From a bacterium (lineage in GTDB: Bacteria; Bacteroidota; Ignavibacteria; Kapaibacteriales; UBA7675), in contig JAUIKM010000001.1 of the NCBI GenBank assembly GCA_030430495.1, forward strand, positions 202,447-266,446: 64,000 bases of DNA, given 5' to 3'. Made by a program: the position numbers and the translations under genes. Below the pieces are notes generated by a model, which was not told the DNA's origin, ran no database searches, and saw nothing but the letters and a program-made list of their open reading frames with translations. Shown one piece after another: positions 63,262 through 64,000 of the stretch. Position 1 is the stretch's first letter. Every line of letters begins with the position of its first letter.

Positions 63262-64000
63262 TCAGTTAACAATTTGTATCAATGTGTTGCGTACGCCGCT
63301 TGGAGTTCGCAGCCGCAGGCCGTACACGCCGGGCGTCAAACCTTCCGTCGCAAACCCGATCGCCTGTTCGCCGGCCGGATAAAACCGGCTGCCGCTGAGC
63401 ACCGTGCGCAGGCCGCGCTGGTCGACAATTTCCACCTGCACAAATGCGCCGCTGTTTAACTCGAATTCTACCCGCCCGAACCGTTGCAGCGGCGTCGGGA
63501 ATACCCGTACGCCGTCCGCCGCAATTTCGCGCGCAGGGTTCGCCACCGAGAACGGCAGGCGCGTATCGATGGTGTTGCCGTTTTCCAGTACGAGAATCAG
63601 CTGCGAGTCAAATGTCGGCGGCGGGACGCAGGGCTGGTCGCCCCGGTTTTCAAAACCTGTGATAAACGCCAGAAAGACCTTTCCGGCCGGATCGCTGTTG
63701 AACCCGAATTGGAACAACAACATTGGGAACTTTTCTTCTCCGTTCCGTGGAAAAACGCCGCCTTGCAGTTCGCTTTCGGGGTTGGGGACGCGCCAGGCCG
63801 GTGAGAGAACCGCGTAGTCAAGATTTTCCGCGATGGCATGTTCTCTGATAAAATAATCCGGGTAAACGTTCAGAGCGCCGGCGTCCGTCAGGCCGTTAAA
63901 CAAACGAAGTTCGGTATACTCGGGATCGGAGGCCGCCGGACTGAATTCCGACGTCACAAATCGCAGACTGATGTCGCGCCCGGCCGCGCCCGACGGCCAG
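63262..64000 (-). CDS. Partial DUF4397-like / T9SS-sorted paralog (5' end outside window)
   Basis: Frame stays open to the window edge (GRDISLRF...); FNGLTDAGALNVY; CTD VFPTP...LTPGVYGLRL. Confidence 0.82.
   Translation of the reverse strand, partial: WPSGAAGRDISLRFVTSEFSPAASDPEYTELRLFNGLTDAGALNVYPDYFIREHAIAENLDYAVLSPAWRVPNPESELQGGVFPRNGEEKFPMLLFQFGFNSDPAGKVFLAFITGFENRGDQPCVPPPTFDSQLILVLENGNTIDTRLPFSVANPAREIAADGVRVFPTPLQRFGRVEFELNSGAFVQVEIVDQRGLRTVLSGSRFYPAGEQAIGFATEGLTPGVYGLRLRTPSGVRNTLIQIVN

Overview
GC-rich (roughly 58%) bacterial chromosomal segment, probably FCB superphylum (Kapabacteria/Ignavibacteria-like), judged from T9SS C-terminal sorting domains, Bacteroidota-type ParE/ParC and TonB-dependent receptors. 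About 34 credible genes: a DEAD-box helicase with a very long histone-H1-like N-terminal tail, an Fe3+ ABC transporter, an mltD-kef-adenylate cyclase operon, an XRE-HTH/H1-like DNA-binding protein, PhoBR, MscS, YcaQ, two Hsp20s, topoisomerase IV, two PPIases, multi-PAS kinases, an ECF sigma/anti-sigma pair, a probable copper-uptake cluster with a Cys-rich leader ORF, and DUF4397-repeat T9SS cargo proteins. No rRNA, tRNA, CRISPR array, transposase or integrase was recognised. The most unusual signal is non-coding. A ~170-230 bp G-rich structured element occurs three times in the same orientation at nearly equal spacing (~21.1 and ~21.4 kb), and a related element occurs twice. Each marks a sharp local switch from G-rich to C-rich sequence. 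There is also an over-represented GTTWAAC palindrome, a dense GTGAA/TTCAC array upstream of the HTH-H1 gene, and a hierarchical 36+12n minisatellite at the left edge. All counts were made by eye and all family assignments rest on motif recognition, without database searches.
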